DNA of 49,389 bases, the filler included, from an uncultured Acidimicrobiales bacterium (lineage in GTDB: Bacteria; Actinomycetota; Acidimicrobiia; Acidimicrobiales; UBA10347): the NCBI GenBank assembly GCA_943788915.1. It is 3 parts of 3 records of this genome, joined end to end, with 100 filler letters (N's around TTAATTAATTAA, not from the genome) between each part and the next. Parts side by side here need not be neighbours in the genome. Positions count along the whole stretch, not along the records: positions 39,214 to 49,389 come from CALSSD010000032.1; 2 more parts are not named here. One strand, 5' to 3'. Positions 47,708 to 49,389 of the stretch are shown here, in pieces (within the stretch, counting starts at the first letter, position 1; each line of letters starts with the position of its first letter). The translations under genes and the position numbers were made by a program. Below the pieces are notes generated by a model. The model made no database searches and was not told where the DNA came from. It saw nothing but the letters and a program-made list of their open reading frames with translations.

Positions 47708-49315
47708 ATGACCAATCAGATCATCGAGGAAACCGCTCGGCGGCGTACCTTCGCCATCATCTCCCACCCCGACGCGGGCAAGACCACCCTGACCGAGAAG
47801 TTCCTCCTGTACTCCGGTGTGCTTACGGCGGGTGCTGGTTCGGTGGCGGCTCGCCGCGGCGGCAAGTCCGCCGCCAGCGACTGGCAAGAGATCGAACAGC
47901 AGCGTGGCATTTCGATCAGCTCGACGGTCATGCGTTTCCCCTACCGCGACTGCCTACTAAACCTGCTCGACACACCTGGTCACAAAGACTTCAGCGAAGA
48001 CACATTCCGGGTCCTCGCCGCGACCGATGCCGCCATCATGGTGCTCGACGCCGGTAAAGGCATCGAACCACAGACTCGTCGGTTGTTCGAGGTCTGCCGC
48101 GAACGCGACGTGCCCATCGTGACGTTCATCAACAAATGGGATCGTCCCGGTCGCGATCCATGGGATCTTCTCGACGAAATCGAACGCGATTTGATCCTGG
48201 AACCGGCCCCAGTGACCTGGCCCGTGGGCGAATCCACCACATTCGATGGCGTGATTGATCGGCTGCGCAACGAATACGTGCAGTTCACCCGAGTGGCACA
48301 TGGTTCAACCATGGCCCCCGAACTGGTCAGCCCGATCGATAGTCCCGCACTCATGGACAATGCGCTTGCGACCGAAGCACTCGAAGGGGTCGAATTACTC
48401 GACGCCGTAGATCGGGTTTTTGATCGCAAGAAGTTCGAATCAGGTGAACTCTCGCCGGTTTTCTTTGGCTCCGCGCTCACCAACTTCGGTGTTGGCCGTC
48501 TGCTCGACGCCGTCGTCGACCTTGTTCCGTCTCCTCCAGCCCGCCTCGACATCAACGATGATCCTCGGCCCATCGACTCACCCTTCAGCGGTCATGTATT
48601 CAAGGTTCAGGCCAACACCGACAAGAACCACCGAGACCGCATTGCGTTTCTCCGAGTGGCGTCCGGCCGGTTCGAGCGGGGTATGACGATTATCCACGGG
48701 CCAAGCAAACGATCCGTCACCACCAAATATGTGCATTCGGTTCAAGGATCTGACCGCGAGACACTCGACGAAGCTTTTCCCGGCGATGTCATTGGTTTAG
48801 TCAACGCCAACGGCTTCCGCCCTGGCGATGCCGTCTATGTCGACGAACCTGTCGAATGGCGCCCTATGCCAGCGTTCGCTCCGACCAACTTCATGGTCGC
48901 TCGAGCCAAAGACACCGGCAAGTTCAAACAGTTTCGCTCTGGTGTTGCACAACTCGACGAAGAAGGTGTCGTCCAGGTGCTGCGTATTCCCGACGTTGGC
49001 GACCAGGCACCCATCTTCGCTGCCGTTGGTCCACTGCAGTTCGAAGTAGCGAAACACCGACTCGAAAACGAATTTAATGCACCGGTAGAACTCTCACCAA
49101 CGAGTTACTCGGTGGCTCGAGTCACCGACGCCGAGTCCATACCGCTACTCCGTGGTCTGCGTGGTGTCGAAATCGTCGAACGTTCCGATGGCGCCATCTG
49201 GGCGCTGTTTGAATCAGCCTTCCGAGTTCGCCAAGTAGCCCAGGACAAACCGGAAGCCACACTCGAACGGTTGATGGCCGACGAAGCCGTCGACTCATTC
49301 GGTCGTCGAGTCTGA
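47708..49315 (+). CDS. prfC: Peptide chain release factor 3
   Basis: RRRTFAIISHPDAGKTTLTEK, DTPGHKDFSEDT, NKWD, FGSALTNFGV, HRDRIAF and AVGPLQFEV. Confidence 0.96.
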   Translation: MTNQIIEETARRRTFAIISHPDAGKTTLTEKFLLYSGVLTAGAGSVAARRGGKSAASDWQEIEQQRGISISSTVMRFPYRDCLLNLLDTPGHKDFSEDTFRVLAATDAAIMVLDAGKGIEPQTRRLFEVCRERDVPIVTFINKWDRPGRDPWDLLDEIERDLILEPAPVTWPVGESTTFDGVIDRLRNEYVQFTRVAHGSTMAPELVSPIDSPALMDNALATEALEGVELLDAVDRVFDRKKFESGELSPVFFGSALTNFGVGRLLDAVVDLVPSPPARLDINDDPRPIDSPFSGHVFKVQANTDKNHRDRIAFLRVASGRFERGMTIIHGPSKRSVTTKYVHSVQGSDRETLDEAFPGDVIGLVNANGFRPGDAVYVDEPVEWRPMPAFAPTNFMVARAKDTGKFKQFRSGVAQLDEEGVVQVLRIPDVGDQAPIFAAVGPLQFEVAKHRLENEFNAPVELSPTSYSVARVTDAESIPLLRGLRGVEIVERSDGAIWALFESAFRVRQVAQDKPEATLERLMADEAVDSFGRRV

Positions 49316-49389
49316 ACAACCACTCTGGTCACCACCTCGACCATCAAGAGCCGATGGTGGTTGAGTCGGATCGTCGCTCGATTGCTGCT

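Noticed and set aside
49316..49389. Possible terminator after prfC
   Set aside because: There is only a short ACCATC/GATGGT stem without a U-tract, and the window ends here.

Overview
A GC-rich actinobacterial window, most likely Acidimicrobiia (inferred from gene content and protein style). It consists of three contigs joined by artificial 100-nt N/TTAATTAATTAA linkers at 16015-16114 and 39114-39213. Contig 1 (1-16014) carries a pyruvate:ferredoxin oxidoreductase plus DHODH-like gene pair under a DosR/DevR-like box. It also holds catabolic genes (CoA-transferase, CYP153-like P450, two SDRs, acyl-CoA synthetase, PhyH dioxygenase, alpha/beta hydrolase, amidohydrolase) and small gene remnants. 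Contig 2 (16115-39113) has housekeeping genes (a solo mreB with a CTG start, moaE, an HtrA-like pseudoprotease, an epimerase, a zincin, an MFS protein) and a co-oriented phosphate cluster: ppk1-NUDIX-pstS(doubled)-pstC-pstA-pstB-phoU-surE-senX3-regX3, with a PHO box and a GTAG-type REP. It ends with an AbiEi/DUF559 endonuclease gene bracketed by three copies of a ~55-bp hairpin repeat, which is the best candidate for an undescribed nuclease-plus-repeat system. Contig 3 (39214-49389) has a dihydropyrimidinase, an internally deleted hydrolase, a FadD3-like ligase, a lipoprotein, a DMT transporter, a RidA protein, an ABC-2 remnant, a DUF2510 protein, selO and prfC. Frameshifts in the HtrA-like gene, senX3 and ppk1 look like sequencing indels. 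No rRNA, tRNA or CRISPR array was recognised.
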